Counted from the stretch's first letter, positions 8,958-19,782 are shown. The stretch is 64,000 nt of DNA from Verrucomicrobiota bacterium (GCA_038205745.1 JBBRBM010000001.1:35516-99515); one strand, 5' to 3'. Notes: a model not told the origin generated them from the letters alone. A program made the numbers and translations.

Positions 8958-9788
8958 TCACGCCACCGGCACTTCAACAAACTTCCGCTCGATCTTCCCG
9001 TCCTTCGCCGTGCAGACGAAGTAACCCTTCTCCGTCGTCTTGTCGTGGTTGCCCTTGCTGATCGAGCAACACTTGTTCGTGACGAAGACGGTCCCGCGTA
9101 TCTTACCTTCCGTAAACGCGTGCCAGTGCCCGTTGAACACCTGCGCCAGGTTGAACTCCGTGAACGGCGCCAGCAACTCATCTGCATTCAATGGGCGATG
9201 CGGTGCCGTGGGCCCGAGTGGAAAATGCGTGAATAGAATCGTCGGCTGCTTTGCGTTCAGCTTCGGCGCGTTCTCCTTCACCCACGCCATCGTGTGCGGT
9301 TGGATGATCGTCTTGGTGGCCTTCTTGCCCTCGGTAGTATCGAGCGCGATCACGCGCCAGCCGCGATGCTCGAAGCTGTAATTCAAACCTTTCGGCAACA
9401 CCCCGTCGTAGCCGGAACGATCCGTCTGCGTGATGTAATCGTGGTTCCCCGGCACCGCGTGCCAGGGCATCCGGAAGGAATTCAAAACCTCCTTCATCCC
9501 GCCAAGTTCCTTCTTCGATCCGTTCTCCGAAAGATCGCCGACGAACAAACACAGCTCCGGCTTTTCCGGCAGCGCCAACACGCTCGCCTTCACTCGCGCG
9601 TAAAACTCCGGGCACTTCGGCGTGAAGAAATGCGCATCATTGATCACCACAAAACTGAATCCGCTTTCCCCTAGCCCGCCGTCCGCGAACCGCGCGCAAC
9701 CCGGCGCCAATCCCGCCGCCAGCAGCGCCCCCGCACTCAATTTCAGAAAGTCACGGCGCGACGTCTTGGGAGTGGTGTGAATATTCAT
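8958..9788 (-). CDS. Tat-exported calcineurin-like metallophosphoesterase
   Basis: The twin-arginine leader is TSRRDFLKLSAGALLAAGLA. Phosphoesterase motifs are FVVINDAHF, FVGDLSENG, VPGNHD and NGHWH. Confidence 0.85.
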   Translation of the reverse strand: MNIHTTPKTSRRDFLKLSAGALLAAGLAPGCARFADGGLGESGFSFVVINDAHFFTPKCPEFYARVKASVLALPEKPELCLFVGDLSENGSKKELGGMKEVLNSFRMPWHAVPGNHDYITQTDRSGYDGVLPKGLNYSFEHRGWRVIALDTTEGKKATKTIIQPHTMAWVKENAPKLNAKQPTILFTHFPLGPTAPHRPLNADELLAPFTEFNLAQVFNGHWHAFTEGKIRGTVFVTNKCCSISKGNHDKTTEKGYFVCTAKDGKIERKFVEVPVA

Positions 9789-9928
9789 GGCAAAGTCAGA
9801 CGTTGCGCCCGCGCCGCTGCTTCAAGTGGTTTAGCCACCGAGTCACAGCGGCAATGAGAACAATTCCACCTCAATCCCTCCGCCGTGAATTGCTTTTACC
9901 CTCTTCGACGCGAATGCTTTCCGCCGGC

Positions 9929-10504
9929 ATGAATTGGCTCGCGCACCTCGTCCTCTCCGAACCCGACCCTGAGTTCCGTCTCGGCAATCTCCTGCCAGAC
10001 TTTCTCGCGCCGCGCGAACTCCATGCCCTGCCCGCCTCCTTCCAACGCGGCATTGCCTGCCATCGCGTCATCGATGCCTTCACCGATTCCCATCCTGTCG
10101 TGCGACGCAGCATTCGCCGATTGCGCCGCGAGCACCAACGCTACGGCGGCATCATCATCGACCTCGCCTACGACCATTTCCTCGCGTGCCGATGGAACGA
10201 CTTCGCGGCGGGATCGCTCCAACAATTCGCGCGCGAATTCTACGCGCAGATCGATTTCCACCGCACCGTGCTCCCCGCGGAAGTCCTCATGGCCCTCGAC
10301 CGGATGCGCGCGGAAGATTGGCTCTGCTCCTACCGCGAAGTGGCCGGGCTCAGCCAGACCTTGCGTCGCGTGGGCCATCGATTCCGCCGTCCCGTGGACC
10401 TCTCCCAAGCCATGCGCGAGATCGAACTTCACCGCGCCGATTTCGACGAAGACTTCCTTGAATTCTTTCCCGAACTGCGAAGCCGCGTTGCAGAAACACC
10501 GTGA
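9929..10504 (+). CDS. acpH: acyl carrier protein phosphodiesterase (AcpH family)
   Basis: From the internal ATG at 9929 the protein opens MNWLAHLVLSEPDPEFRLGNLLPDF. This is the characteristic AcpH N-terminus, and about 191 aa is the typical length. Confidence 0.75.
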   Translation: MNWLAHLVLSEPDPEFRLGNLLPDFLAPRELHALPASFQRGIACHRVIDAFTDSHPVVRRSIRRLRREHQRYGGIIIDLAYDHFLACRWNDFAAGSLQQFAREFYAQIDFHRTVLPAEVLMALDRMRAEDWLCSYREVAGLSQTLRRVGHRFRRPVDLSQAMREIELHRADFDEDFLEFFPELRSRVAETP

Positions 10505-10529
10505 GCACCTGCATGACGTAGTCATGCCA

Positions 10530-10686
10530 CGAAGGTAGCCGTGGACTTCAGTCCACGGTTCACGACGACGGCGGAGATGCGTCGCGTAGCGACGCCTGAT
10601 GGTGCGGTGGAGTTTTCAACCGCCGCTACGCGACGAGAACGCGCGGACGACGCGAGTCCGTGGGCTGAAGCCCACGGCTACCTTCG
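10530..10686. repeat. composite array of short GC-rich hairpins bounded by a 29-nt inverted repeat
   Basis: The outer arms are cgaaggtagccgtggacttcagtccacgg (10530-10558) and ccgtgggctgaagcccacggctaccttcg (10658-10686). Internal stems include ccgtggac/gtccacgg, gcgtcgc/gcgacgc and ccgtgggc/gcccacgg. A 7-bp stem, gcatgac-gta-gtcatgc, at 10511-10527 directly follows the acpH stop. Confidence 0.75.
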
Positions 10687-10753
10687 TCGGAGTCGCTACG
10701 CGACCGGGGGAAGCCGTCTCGCATTGCTTTTGTCAAAGCGGGCGGGAAGCGGA

Positions 10754-10827
10754 GTCTCGCGAATGCCGCGAAGGAAACAAAGGTTCCAACATCCACTCCT
10801 TCGCCTCCTTCGTGTTCTTCGCGAGAC
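10754..10827. repeat. palindromic intergenic element, family A, copy 2
   Basis: gtctcgcgaatgccgcgaagg ... ccttcgtgttcttcgcgagac. It is flanked by an imperfect direct repeat, caaagcgg(g/tg)cggga, at about 10734-10750 and about 10853-10868. Confidence 0.8.
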
Positions 10828-10842
10828 ACTCCTCCGGCAAGT

Positions 10843-11352
10843 TTGTTTTTGCCAAAGCGGTGCGGGAGTGATTTCGTCGGTCCCCTGAACCCGGTTCCGC
10901 CAATTCCCAAAGATCTCGCACAGTGGATAGAGTTTCTACGTTACTTCGACGCGCTGCTGCTCACGATTCCGCTAGGTGAGGAGCCGGAGATTCTTTCGTT
11001 TCCGGGTGAACCATGGAAGGAACTTGCGGAGTGGCGTGCAGTCGCGTCGGAAGCTGACGGGCGTGCAGTCGCTGCCATAGAGCATCTTCTCGATGCCGGC
11101 GCTTGGCCTAAATCAAAGCGGCAAGACACTTTTTGGTTTCGGGTAGAGCACAGGATTAAGAGTGCTCATGACGTGTGTACGATTCTGGCGACGCGAATCA
11201 GGTTTTCCGGCGAGGAAACCGTGGTGGCAGCAATTCCTCAAGCAACGATACCGGCGAAGCTAACGGTTGAATGGCTTCTCCTCAGTCTTTGGAACCGCGC
11301 GCCATGGTTACGAGATCGCTTCGAACCAAATCCATGGTCTCAGTATCCGTAA
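10843..11352 (+). CDS. hypothetical Trp-rich protein (orphan, start uncertain)
   Basis: The 169-codon ORF has no in-frame ATG (TTG at 10843). It is visibly lower in GC than its neighbours and uses ATA, CTA, AGG and TTA codons. I recognised no motif. Confidence 0.35.
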   Translation: MFLPKRCGSDFVGPLNPVPPIPKDLAQWIEFLRYFDALLLTIPLGEEPEILSFPGEPWKELAEWRAVASEADGRAVAAIEHLLDAGAWPKSKRQDTFWFRVEHRIKSAHDVCTILATRIRFSGEETVVAAIPQATIPAKLTVEWLLLSLWNRAPWLRDRFEPNPWSQYP

Positions 11353-11451
11353 TAATTGACCTTAACCCACAAGACGTTCCATGCACCGCACGTCGCCGCT
11401 TCGCGTTTGAAATAGTTTCCATCCTGCTCCCGCGTGTTTAACGTCGCACGC

Positions 11452-12879
11452 ATGAACCAGCGCGAGATGCATTCACCGCAGAGTCCCACAACACACAGAT
11501 TGAAATGCCTCTCGGTGTTCTCCGTGGCTCTGTGGTTCATCACTTCGCCCCTCTTCGCCGCCATCGGCACGTTCAACATCCGCGACTTCGGCGCGGTGGG
11601 TGATGGCGCCACTTCCGACTCCAGGGCGATCAACGCCGCGGTGGAGGCTTGCAGCAAGGCGGGCGGCGGGCAGGTGCTCTTCCCGCCGGGACGTTATCTC
11701 TCCGGCACGGTGCATCTGCGCAGTCACGTGGCGCTCTTCCTCGAAGCGGGCGCGCGGCTCGTCGGCACCACGAACCTCGCGGATTATCAGTTCCCCGCGC
11801 AGTTGCCGAACATGCCGGAGGCCAAGTGGGGCAAGTGGCATCGTGCGCTGTTGCTCGGCGAGAGCGTGACGAATGTGCAGATCAGCGGGCCGGGAATCAT
11901 CGACGGCAACAAGGTGTTCGATCCCACGGGCGAGGAGCGCAAGCGCGGCCCGCACACGGTGCTGTGGGTGAACTCGCGCGGGTTCGTCATCCGCGACGTG
12001 ACGATCGTGGACTCGGCGAATTATGCGATCCTCTTCCAGGCCAGCGATGACGTGGACATCCGCCGCGTGAAGATCGTGGGCGGCTGGGACGGCGTGCATT
12101 TCCGCGGCGCGCCCGACAAGTGGTGCCACAACGTGAACATCATCGATTGCGAGTTTTACACGGGCGACGACTCGATCGCGGGGCGGTATTGGGACAACTG
12201 CGTGATTGCGAATTGTGTGATCAATTCGTCGTGCAACGGCATCCGCGTCATCGGCCCCATCACGCGCACGATTGTGAACAATTGTTTGTTCTACGGCCCC
12301 GGCCAGCAGCCGCATCGCACCGGCGGGCGCACGAATATGTTGAGCGGCATCATCATTCAACCCGGCGGCTGGGACGCGACGCGAGGGTCGGTGGATGACG
12401 TGTTGCTCGCGAACAACACGATGCACAACGTGACGTCGCCGGTGACGATTTGGAACAAGCCGGGCAACACGTACGGCCGCGTGACGATCGATGGCTTGCG
12501 CGCCACGCAAGTCTATCGCGCCGCGATGTCGGTGGAGAGCTACGCCGACGAACCGATCACGAACGTGGTGTTCCGAAACGTAAGCGTGGAATACACCGGC
12601 GGCGGCACGGCGAACATGGCGACGAACCGCGTGCGCGGCCCCGGCGTGGACGCGCGGGCGTTGCCGAGTTGGGGATTCTTCGCGCGCAACGTGGAGAACA
12701 TCCGCTTCGAAAACGTGCGCTTCAGCTTGAGCAAGGACGATGCGCGGCCCGTGGTGATCGCCGAGAACGTGAAGCAGTTCACGGTGGATGAGTTTCATTT
12801 CCCACGCGTCGATGGAGTGAATAACGCCATCGTGACGTCGAACGCGACGGTGCGAACGATCGAGTCCGGTTGGAAGTAG
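11452..12879 (+). CDS. secreted glycoside hydrolase family 28-like (polygalacturonase / right-handed beta-helix)
   Basis: It has a signal peptide (LSVFSVALWFITSPLFAA) followed by FNIRDFGAVGDGATSDSRAINAAVEACSKAGGGQVLFPPGRY. Repeated beta-helix turns include NCVINSSCNGIRV. Confidence 0.85.
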   Translation: MNQREMHSPQSPTTHRLKCLSVFSVALWFITSPLFAAIGTFNIRDFGAVGDGATSDSRAINAAVEACSKAGGGQVLFPPGRYLSGTVHLRSHVALFLEAGARLVGTTNLADYQFPAQLPNMPEAKWGKWHRALLLGESVTNVQISGPGIIDGNKVFDPTGEERKRGPHTVLWVNSRGFVIRDVTIVDSANYAILFQASDDVDIRRVKIVGGWDGVHFRGAPDKWCHNVNIIDCEFYTGDDSIAGRYWDNCVIANCVINSSCNGIRVIGPITRTIVNNCLFYGPGQQPHRTGGRTNMLSGIIIQPGGWDATRGSVDDVLLANNTMHNVTSPVTIWNKPGNTYGRVTIDGLRATQVYRAAMSVESYADEPITNVVFRNVSVEYTGGGTANMATNRVRGPGVDARALPSWGFFARNVENIRFENVRFSLSKDDARPVVIAENVKQFTVDEFHFPRVDGVNNAIVTSNATVRTIESGWK

Positions 12880-12983
12880 TGGGGCAGCCGTCCCGGCTGC
12901 CAACCGTCCTCTGGCCGTCCTCGCTGGAGAAACCACCAGGCCGGAGGCCCAGTGGACGCTGGCAGCCGGGACGGCTGCCCCAC
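12879..12983. repeat. perfect 24-bp inverted repeat with a 57-nt spacer
   Basis: gtggggcagccgtcccggctgcca at 12879-12902 is the exact reverse complement of 12960-12983. The spacer contains a further stem, cctctggcc/ggccggagg. The element starts at the last base of the GH28 stop codon. Confidence 0.9.
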
Positions 12984-12997
12984 TATTATCGCGTGCG

Positions 12998-13534
12998 ATG
13001 TTGAAAGTGTTGGATCCCTGTTTGCGCGCTTGTCGCAGAGTCGGTGTCGCACCCACGCGCTGGCTGCTCACGGTGAACATCGCGCGGCAGTCGATGAGTT
13101 TGTTTGAGCGTGACGGCGACTGTTATGAGCTTCGCAAGAGCTATCGCGTTTCCACTTCGCGCTTCGGCATCGGCTCGCAGGCGGACTCCAACTGCACACC
13201 GCTCGGCCTTCATCGCGTGGCAAAAAAAATCGGCGGCGGCTGGCCGGTCGGCGCCGTGTTCAAGTCGCGTGAACTGAAAGGCTATACGTGGAAAGGCTTC
13301 CCCCGAGCGTCGATCACACATCGCATTTTCTGGCTTGAGGGAATGGAGCCGGGGCGCAATCGCGGCGGCGATGTGGACACGTTTGCTCGCTACGTTTACA
13401 TCCACGGCACGGGCGATGAACCGACGATCGGGAAGCCGGCGTCGCATGGGTGCATTCATCTCGCGGCGAAAGATCTGTTACCGCTCTACGATTTGCTTCT
13501 GGAGAAAACGCTGGTGTGGATCAGCGAGCGATAG
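12998..13534 (+). CDS. L,D-transpeptidase (YkuD-fold) family protein
   Basis: The catalytic motif is [22 protein letters not shown]. No obvious signal peptide is visible. Confidence 0.8.
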   Translation: MLKVLDPCLRACRRVGVAPTRWLLTVNIARQSMSLFERDGDCYELRKSYRVSTSRFGIGSQADSNCTPLGLHRVAKKIGGGWPVGAVFKSRELKGYTWKGFPRASITHRIFWLEGMEPGRNRGGDVDTFARYVYIHGTGDEPTIGKPASHGCIHLAAKDLLPLYDLLLEKTLVWISER

Positions 13535-15920
13535 AGGCCGGCTCGGGAATTCTCGCCAGTGGCACGGCCACCCAGAATGTGGAGCCTTTGCCGAGTTCGC
13601 TCGTGAAGCCAATGTCGCCGCGCAGTTGCTCGACGAGGCGCTTCGCGGTCGCGAGTCCAAGACCCAGTCCATCATGTTTGCGCGCGTGCGAGCCGTCGGC
13701 CTGCGTGAAAGCGTTGAAGAGTTTCGATTGCGCATCCGCGTTGATGCCCACGCCCGTGTCGCGCACGGTGAACCGCAGCGTCACGCCGTGTTCATCTTCG
13801 ATCGTCACGTCGGCCGACAATCGGATCTCGCCGTGCTCGGTGAATTTGACCGCGTTCCTGACGAGATTGCCCAATGCATCGCGCAGCGTGTTCGCGTCGC
13901 CAAACAAATGTGCCGGCACATTGCCGCCCACATCCGCGACGCATTGAATCAGCTTGTCACCGATCTGTTCCTTCGCCTGTTGGGCGAGCAAATCCACCAA
14001 CATACGCGGAGCAAAGCTCTCGCTGTTGTCGAGGCGCTTGTTGATCTTCGAGAAATCCAGAATGCGGTTGATGTGCTCCAGCAGCAGATCGGCGCTGGTG
14101 CGAATCGTCTCCGCGCTTTCCTGCTGGTCGGGAGTCATCTCGGTCGTGAGCAGATAATCGGTCATGCCGATCACGCCATTCATCGGTGTGCGCAGCTCGT
14201 GGCTGATCTTGGCGAGAAATTCCGTCTTCGCGACGTTGGCTTCTTCCGCGCGTTCCTTCGCGACGGTCAGCGCCTCGTTTTGCGACTGGAGCATGGCGCT
14301 TTGTTTTTGGAGACGCTCGTTGGCCTGGCACAGTTCGTTGTAAAGCCGGGCCTTGGCCAGGGCGAGGGCCGCGCGCGTGGCGAGAGCATCGAGAAAATCC
14401 AGGTCATCCGGCGTGAAGTACCTAGGTTGTTCGGTCTCCAACGCGAAGAGCACGCCCGCGACGCGATCGCCATCAATCAACGGATGCCCCGCGTAAGCAG
14501 AAACAAAATCAACGTCCTGCGCCATGCCGAAAGGGTCGTCGTGGCCCACGTTTGAAGAGACGAATGTGTCGCGGTTCTCGGCGATCCATTCCGCCACGCG
14601 CGCCAGATGAATTGTCGGATCAAAACCAATCTCACGCGCGCGCGCCGTCAATGACGAGGCAGCGAGTTCCCAATGGCCATCCTCCAGCACGAGAACCACC
14701 GAACCTCCGCGCGCCGGCAGTTCTTCCACCGCGGCCTTCACCACCAGCTCAAGGATCTGCGCCACCTCGATCGTCTCGCCACCACTGAGCGAAATCCCCG
14801 CGAGCGCGAGCTGCCGTTTGTATTGATGTTCCAGCCGGTCCTGCTCGGCCTCGGCCGCCGCCGCAGCGCGCCGCCGTTCAGTGATGTCGCGGAAGGCCGT
14901 GACCATTACCTCGCGTCCGCAGTAAGGGATTTTTTTACTAAACAATTCGAGGTGGACTTCCGATTTATCAGACCGGCGCGCGACCGCTTCGAACGGACGA
15001 AAATTTCCCAGGAGAATGCTTTCCTCGATCACGCCGCGTGACGAGCGCGTGAACCAGTCCAGCAGATTTTTTTCCGGCAGGTCAGTGACCTGGCACTGGA
15101 GCAAAGCGGCCAGCGCCTTGTTGCCTTCGATCACCACGCCCTTGTCGTGGAGGGCGATGCCTTCGAACGTGGCTTCGTACCAGCGGCGAAAGCGCTCCTC
15201 CTCCTGTGCGGTTTGCTTGGAGTCGCGCTCGGCAAGTTCGACGCTGACGCCGCGCAACATCTGTTTGATCGAACGGACCTGCATCCGCTGAAACACCACG
15301 GCGAGCGCGCAGGAGGTGAGCAACAACGCGCCCGCCTGATACCAGCTCACGGTGAGTCCGGCGACATTGGCGACGCCGATCCAGCCGCCAACCGCGACGG
15401 CAAAGACGAGGAACAGAGTGCGAATGCAAAAGAACAGCAGGCTCGCGCAGAGAACCGCGAACATCACCGCCGTGGTGCGTTGGGGATCCAGCCCGAGCGC
15501 GAACATGCCCAGCCCATTCATCACCATCAGCACGGCCACGAACGCACCGATGGGATGCGCCCACCGGAGGGAGATGCGCGGCAGCAGCACCCGCAGCACG
15601 ATAAAGAAAAGCGCAGTGGCGATTGCCAGCACGAACGCCGAGAGGCGGCTCCATGGCACCTCGCGGAACATCGAGAGCGGCGATTGAAAATCCCACGCAC
15701 CAGGATTGAGCACGTGGGTCGAGCCGAGCAGGATGTGCAGGAAAGCAAATCCCAGAAGCAGCACGAGAAGCCGATCGCGCGCGAGCACCTCGAGCGACGG
15801 CGCAGGAAGCCACTCCGCGGTGATTCCCCGCAGAGGATGCGCTTCAGGCTTCGAGACAGCGTTCACAAAATGGTTGCCTCGGCGCTCGATGCGCCGGGAG
15901 TCGAGAGTCCCGCCACACAT
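13521..15920 (-). CDS. membrane sensor histidine kinase (multi-TM, PAS, GAF, HisKA, HATPase)
   Basis: 799 aa. The H-box is [19 protein letters not shown]. The ATPase has [11 protein letters not shown] and [15 protein letters not shown]. The N-terminal third is hydrophobic. Confidence 0.9.
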   Translation of the reverse strand: MCGGTLDSRRIERRGNHFVNAVSKPEAHPLRGITAEWLPAPSLEVLARDRLLVLLLGFAFLHILLGSTHVLNPGAWDFQSPLSMFREVPWSRLSAFVLAIATALFFIVLRVLLPRISLRWAHPIGAFVAVLMVMNGLGMFALGLDPQRTTAVMFAVLCASLLFFCIRTLFLVFAVAVGGWIGVANVAGLTVSWYQAGALLLTSCALAVVFQRMQVRSIKQMLRGVSVELAERDSKQTAQEEERFRRWYEATFEGIALHDKGVVIEGNKALAALLQCQVTDLPEKNLLDWFTRSSRGVIEESILLGNFRPFEAVARRSDKSEVHLELFSKKIPYCGREVMVTAFRDITERRRAAAAAEAEQDRLEHQYKRQLALAGISLSGGETIEVAQILELVVKAAVEELPARGGSVVLVLEDGHWELAASSLTARAREIGFDPTIHLARVAEWIAENRDTFVSSNVGHDDPFGMAQDVDFVSAYAGHPLIDGDRVAGVLFALETEQPRYFTPDDLDFLDALATRAALALAKARLYNELCQANERLQKQSAMLQSQNEALTVAKERAEEANVAKTEFLAKISHELRTPMNGVIGMTDYLLTTEMTPDQQESAETIRTSADLLLEHINRILDFSKINKRLDNSESFAPRMLVDLLAQQAKEQIGDKLIQCVADVGGNVPAHLFGDANTLRDALGNLVRNAVKFTEHGEIRLSADVTIEDEHGVTLRFTVRDTGVGINADAQSKLFNAFTQADGSHARKHDGLGLGLATAKRLVEQLRGDIGFTSELGKGSTFWVAVPLARIPEPASIAR

Positions 15921-15941
15921 TCGAGTGCCGCGCCCGCCGCA

Positions 15942-17249
15942 TTAGATAATCAAGTCGGCTGGGGCCGTGGCAGGCGTCTTGGGTTCAGAGAAGGTCACCA
16001 GACCGGGCGGACGCAAACGCTCGACACGCGCGCGGAGCGCAAACGTCAGCGCCTTCACCGTCAGCTCGATGAACAGGAACGGCTTGGCGATCAGGTCGCT
16101 CGCCCCGCGCAAAGTGGACTGGGCCCGCGCCTGAAAATCCGCCGTGCTCGTCACGAACACCACCGGCGTCGATCGGTTCGGTCCTTTCTGGCGCAGCTTT
16201 TCGCAAAGCGCGAAGCCGTCCATGCCGGGCATGTGAACGTCGAGAAACACCAGGTCAAATTTCGTGCTGGCGGTCTGCCTCAATGCCTCGTCCGGCGTCT
16301 CAACGGCAGCCGCCTTGAGGAACGCCTTTTCCAACGCATAAAGAATCGCGCGTCGCGACAGAATTTCGTCGTCGACCACGAGGATGTTGATGGGCGGATT
16401 ATCCGCAATGTCCGCCGGCAAATGGGGCTGTGTGATGTCGCGCAGACAATCCAGGGCGTTCGCCGTCGTGCGCAGTGTCGAGGGCGAGATCGTCTTCGGC
16501 TTGTCGAGCAATTCCTTCACCAGCGCTTCCGTCGCCGAGCCGAGTTTCGCGACAGCAGCCACGCCGGCCAGATTCGCATTCGTCGAATAAGTGCGCAGCT
16601 TGCGATAGAGATGCTCAATGTGACCGAGCCGGACCGATTCGTCAGTGGCCTTGGTGATTTCCTGCAGCGATTTGCGCATCTCACCGACCGAAACGCCGGT
16701 GGTGCTCAAGAAACTTTTCAGCAGTTCGGCCTGGAATGCCTTGTCGTCGTTCTGGTTCAGGGTAGGCGTCACCTTGCCCGTATTGGATGCAGGCGCGAGA
16801 GCCGTCGAGAACTGTGCATTGGCATCGGGTTTCGCCGATGCAGCGGGCGCTTTGCCTTCGGCGACGTTGTGTTGAATGAAGGTTCCCGAGAAAATCGCAT
16901 TCAACACATCGATCACCTGGCGCGGGGTGACGGTGGACTTGTTATAGACCCCCGTGGCGCCGGCCGAAAACGACTCGTGAATCATGTTCGCCACGTAGGC
17001 GTTCGTGAACACAAGAATCGGCATCTTCTCAAATTCGCGCACCGCGCGAATTTTCTTCAGCAGATCGACACCGTTCATTTTGGGCAGCATCAGATCGAGC
17101 AAAATCGCGTCGGGCTTGAGATCGTAGATCCGGTAATAGCCCGTCTGGCCATCGGCCGAGACTTCCACTTTGAAGCCTTCCTTCTCGAGGCGGCTTTTGT
17201 AGATGTGCGCCACGATCGGGTCGTCTTCGATGATTAATATCTTCTTCAT
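15942..17249 (-). CDS. dual-receiver protein with a central HPt-like helical segment
   Basis: I trimmed the start to MKKILIIEDDPIV (ATG at 17249). REC1 has LLDLMLPKMNG. REC2 has ILVVDDEILS and FLDVHMPGMDG. The middle reads HLYRKLRTYSTNANLAGVAAVAKLGSATEAL. Confidence 0.85.
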   Translation of the reverse strand: MKKILIIEDDPIVAHIYKSRLEKEGFKVEVSADGQTGYYRIYDLKPDAILLDLMLPKMNGVDLLKKIRAVREFEKMPILVFTNAYVANMIHESFSAGATGVYNKSTVTPRQVIDVLNAIFSGTFIQHNVAEGKAPAASAKPDANAQFSTALAPASNTGKVTPTLNQNDDKAFQAELLKSFLSTTGVSVGEMRKSLQEITKATDESVRLGHIEHLYRKLRTYSTNANLAGVAAVAKLGSATEALVKELLDKPKTISPSTLRTTANALDCLRDITQPHLPADIADNPPINILVVDDEILSRRAILYALEKAFLKAAAVETPDEALRQTASTKFDLVFLDVHMPGMDGFALCEKLRQKGPNRSTPVVFVTSTADFQARAQSTLRGASDLIAKPFLFIELTVKALTFALRARVERLRPPGLVTFSEPKTPATAPADLII

Positions 17250-17257
17250 TCTACACC

Positions 17258-19699
17258 TTACGAGAGCGGCAAATTGTGACGCGAGTTTAAGAGGAAATCC
17301 TTGACCACCGTGAAATTCTGGCACAGCGCGTCAAAGACTCCCGAGGCTGTTTGCAGTGCGCCCGCGCGTCCGATTTGCTCCAACTGCCGGAACAAAGCTT
17401 CCATGCCGACAATCCCGCAGACGCCGCTCGCTCCGGCGGAACTGTGCGCAAATTTCACCACCGAGGACGCATCTCCGCGCTGCAACGCGCTGGCGAGATG
17501 CTCGAGTTGCTCGTGCGTTTGCGAGAGATAGAGGTCCGTGATCTCGATGAGACTGGCCAAGGAGCCGCCGGCGAATTCCGTCAGGCGATCCAGATCCACA
17601 AGCGGTGCGTCGGGATTCGACAACGCCGCAGGGGTGGCGGCCTTCGGTTGCGGTGCTGGCATCGGTGGCGAAACCGGCTGCACTCGCGCGGTGCCGAATT
17701 TCTCGATCATTGATTGCAGCGCTTCGGGCCGCACAGGTTTTGAAACGTACTCATCCATACCTGCCCCCAGACAACGTTCACGATCGCCCACCATTGCGTT
17801 TGCGGTCATGGCTATGACGACAACCGGCCTGCCGCCGTGCTGCTGTTCGGCGGCGCGAATACGGCGCGTCGTTTCCAGGCCGTCCATTCCCGGCATCTGA
17901 ATGTCCATGAACACGACATCGTATTTCCCGCGCTCGATCGCCGTGAGCGCCTCATGACCGCTGCTCGAGATGTCGGCGGCGTAGCCCATCTGCTGCAAGA
18001 GACGGCTGGCGACTTTTTGATTAATGACGTTGTCGTCCGTCACAAGAATCTTCAGCGGAATCCGTGTCGCCATGCCCGCATCAAGCTTTGAAACACTCGA
18101 AGCCCTTCGTTCGGGCTGCGCCGCAGCGACCTTGGGAGTCGTGGACCGCATCAGCGCCTCGCGCAACAGCGTCGCCTTCATGGGCACGGTGACCATGTTC
18201 ATCGACTCGGCAGAATTCGAGCCCAGCGGCACCATCTGGAGAACTCGCGCCGCTCGCGTCGCCGGATGTGTCGCGAAAAGATGTCCCGCTTTGGCGTGCA
18301 TCGTCGAATGGACGAGCACGAAATCGAACGCCGTGCTGTGCTGGGTCGGCTCGAAAGTTTGCGCCACCGCCACTTCCAATCCCCACGCCTGCGCGGTTCG
18401 TTGGAGAATGCCACCGACCGTCTTGCTCTGGTGCAACACGAGCAATCGCTTGCCCGCCATGGACGCATCAACAACGCACGCGGGCGATGCTTCGCGCACG
18501 CGCAATGGCACGATGAAATGAAACGTCGATCCTGCGCCCAGGTTGCTCTCCGCCCACATGCGGCCGCCCATCAAATCCACCAGCCCTTTGCTGATCGCGA
18601 GACCGAGCCCGGTGCCGCCGAACTTGCGCTCGATCGTAATGTCCGCCTGCACGTAAGAGTGGAAAAGCTTGTGAAGCCGATCCGGCGGAATGCCGATGCC
18701 AGTGTCTTGCACCGCAAAGTGAATGTGCTGCGTCGCCGAACCAGAGCCGCCTTGCTCGACGGACGCCGTCACGATCACTTCACCTGCGGTGGTGAACTTC
18801 ACGGCGTTCCCGAGCAGGTTGATGATGACTTGTCGCAGTCGCGAATCGTCGCCGGTCACAGCCACTTGAACCGCCGGATCGATTTCGCACGCAAGGTGAA
18901 GGTTCTTCTCCAGACATTTTGGCGCGAGGAGATCGACTGCCGTCTCGAGGCAATCACGAAGGTTGAACGGCATCATTTCCAGTTCCAGTTTGCCGGACTC
19001 GATCTTCGCCACGTTCAGTATGTCGTTGATGATTGTGAGCAGCGACTCGCCGCTGGCGCGAATCGTCTCCACGTATTCGCGCTGCTCGCTGGTGAGATCT
19101 GTGCGAGAGAGCAAGCCGGTCATCGCGATCACGCCATTCATCGGCGTGCGGATCTCGTGACTCATGTTCGCCACGAACTCGGACTTCGAACGTGCATTCT
19201 CCTCGGCATTCGAGCGCGCCGCCTCGAGTTGAAGCACGCGCAGGAGCAATTCATCATGCGTTCGCTTCGCCCGCACCGCTGCCCGCACGCGCGAGCGCAG
19301 CGCCCCCAGGTCGGACGGCTTGTTCACGTAATCGTGCGCGCCCGCTTCAAACGCCTGCACTTGATACTCCGGCCCGGGCCACCCCGTCAGAACGACCACC
19401 GGAACATTTTGCAGCGCCGTGTCGCGCTTGATGATGCGGAGAAATTCCAGTCCATCGATGCCGGGTAAACCGAGATCCAGCACGATCGTGTCAAAATGTT
19501 CGTCCCGCACCGCGGCCAGCGCCTGCGTGGCATCAGTCTTCACTTGAATAATGAATTCTTCCTCGGCGAGCGCTTCCGAGAGCGCGTCACAAATCCCGAG
19601 GTCATCGTCAATAAGCAGGACACGAAATGGGCGTTCGGGAGGCTTGGCGTCGTGTTTATCGACACCGAGGGCGTGAGTTTGAGGCACAGTGACCGTCAC
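17258..19699 (-). CDS. hybrid sensor histidine kinase (REC, HisKA, HATPase, degenerate REC, REC, HPt)
   Basis: GTG start. REC has [10 protein letters not shown] and [11 protein letters not shown]. The H-box is [16 protein letters not shown]. The second REC has [11 protein letters not shown] and [11 protein letters not shown]. The HPt has [14 protein letters not shown]. Confidence 0.9.
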   Translation of the reverse strand: MTVTVPQTHALGVDKHDAKPPERPFRVLLIDDDLGICDALSEALAEEEFIIQVKTDATQALAAVRDEHFDTIVLDLGLPGIDGLEFLRIIKRDTALQNVPVVVLTGWPGPEYQVQAFEAGAHDYVNKPSDLGALRSRVRAAVRAKRTHDELLLRVLQLEAARSNAEENARSKSEFVANMSHEIRTPMNGVIAMTGLLSRTDLTSEQREYVETIRASGESLLTIINDILNVAKIESGKLELEMMPFNLRDCLETAVDLLAPKCLEKNLHLACEIDPAVQVAVTGDDSRLRQVIINLLGNAVKFTTAGEVIVTASVEQGGSGSATQHIHFAVQDTGIGIPPDRLHKLFHSYVQADITIERKFGGTGLGLAISKGLVDLMGGRMWAESNLGAGSTFHFIVPLRVREASPACVVDASMAGKRLLVLHQSKTVGGILQRTAQAWGLEVAVAQTFEPTQHSTAFDFVLVHSTMHAKAGHLFATHPATRAARVLQMVPLGSNSAESMNMVTVPMKATLLREALMRSTTPKVAAAQPERRASSVSKLDAGMATRIPLKILVTDDNVINQKVASRLLQQMGYAADISSSGHEALTAIERGKYDVVFMDIQMPGMDGLETTRRIRAAEQQHGGRPVVVIAMTANAMVGDRERCLGAGMDEYVSKPVRPEALQSMIEKFGTARVQPVSPPMPAPQPKAATPAALSNPDAPLVDLDRLTEFAGGSLASLIEITDLYLSQTHEQLEHLASALQRGDASSVVKFAHSSAGASGVCGIVGMEALFRQLEQIGRAGALQTASGVFDALCQNFTVVKDFLLNSRHNLPLS

Positions 19700-19782
19700 A
19701 CCTGATTAAGTCGGCAGAAAAGCGCGCAGGTTAAGCGGAGTCCTGCGGTTAACGACGAATTCAGCGAGTGGTCCCTATTCCT

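Noticed and set aside
8872-10827. Whether the recurring palindromes (families A, B and C, and the hairpin arrays) could be a CRISPR array.
   Set aside because: The copies are kilobases apart, each is itself an inverted repeat rather than a direct repeat with unique spacers, and no cas genes are present.
11473-13080. Very long ORFs lying opposite well-supported genes. Besides this one, they include 15147-17237 (+), 18266-19468 (+), 40572-41708 (+), 45532-46977 (+), 22894-24354 (-) and 57732-59015 (+).
   Set aside because: These are typical high-GC antisense open frames. Their composition is dominated by R, H, A and G and they have no recognisable domains, whereas the opposite strand carries textbook motifs.
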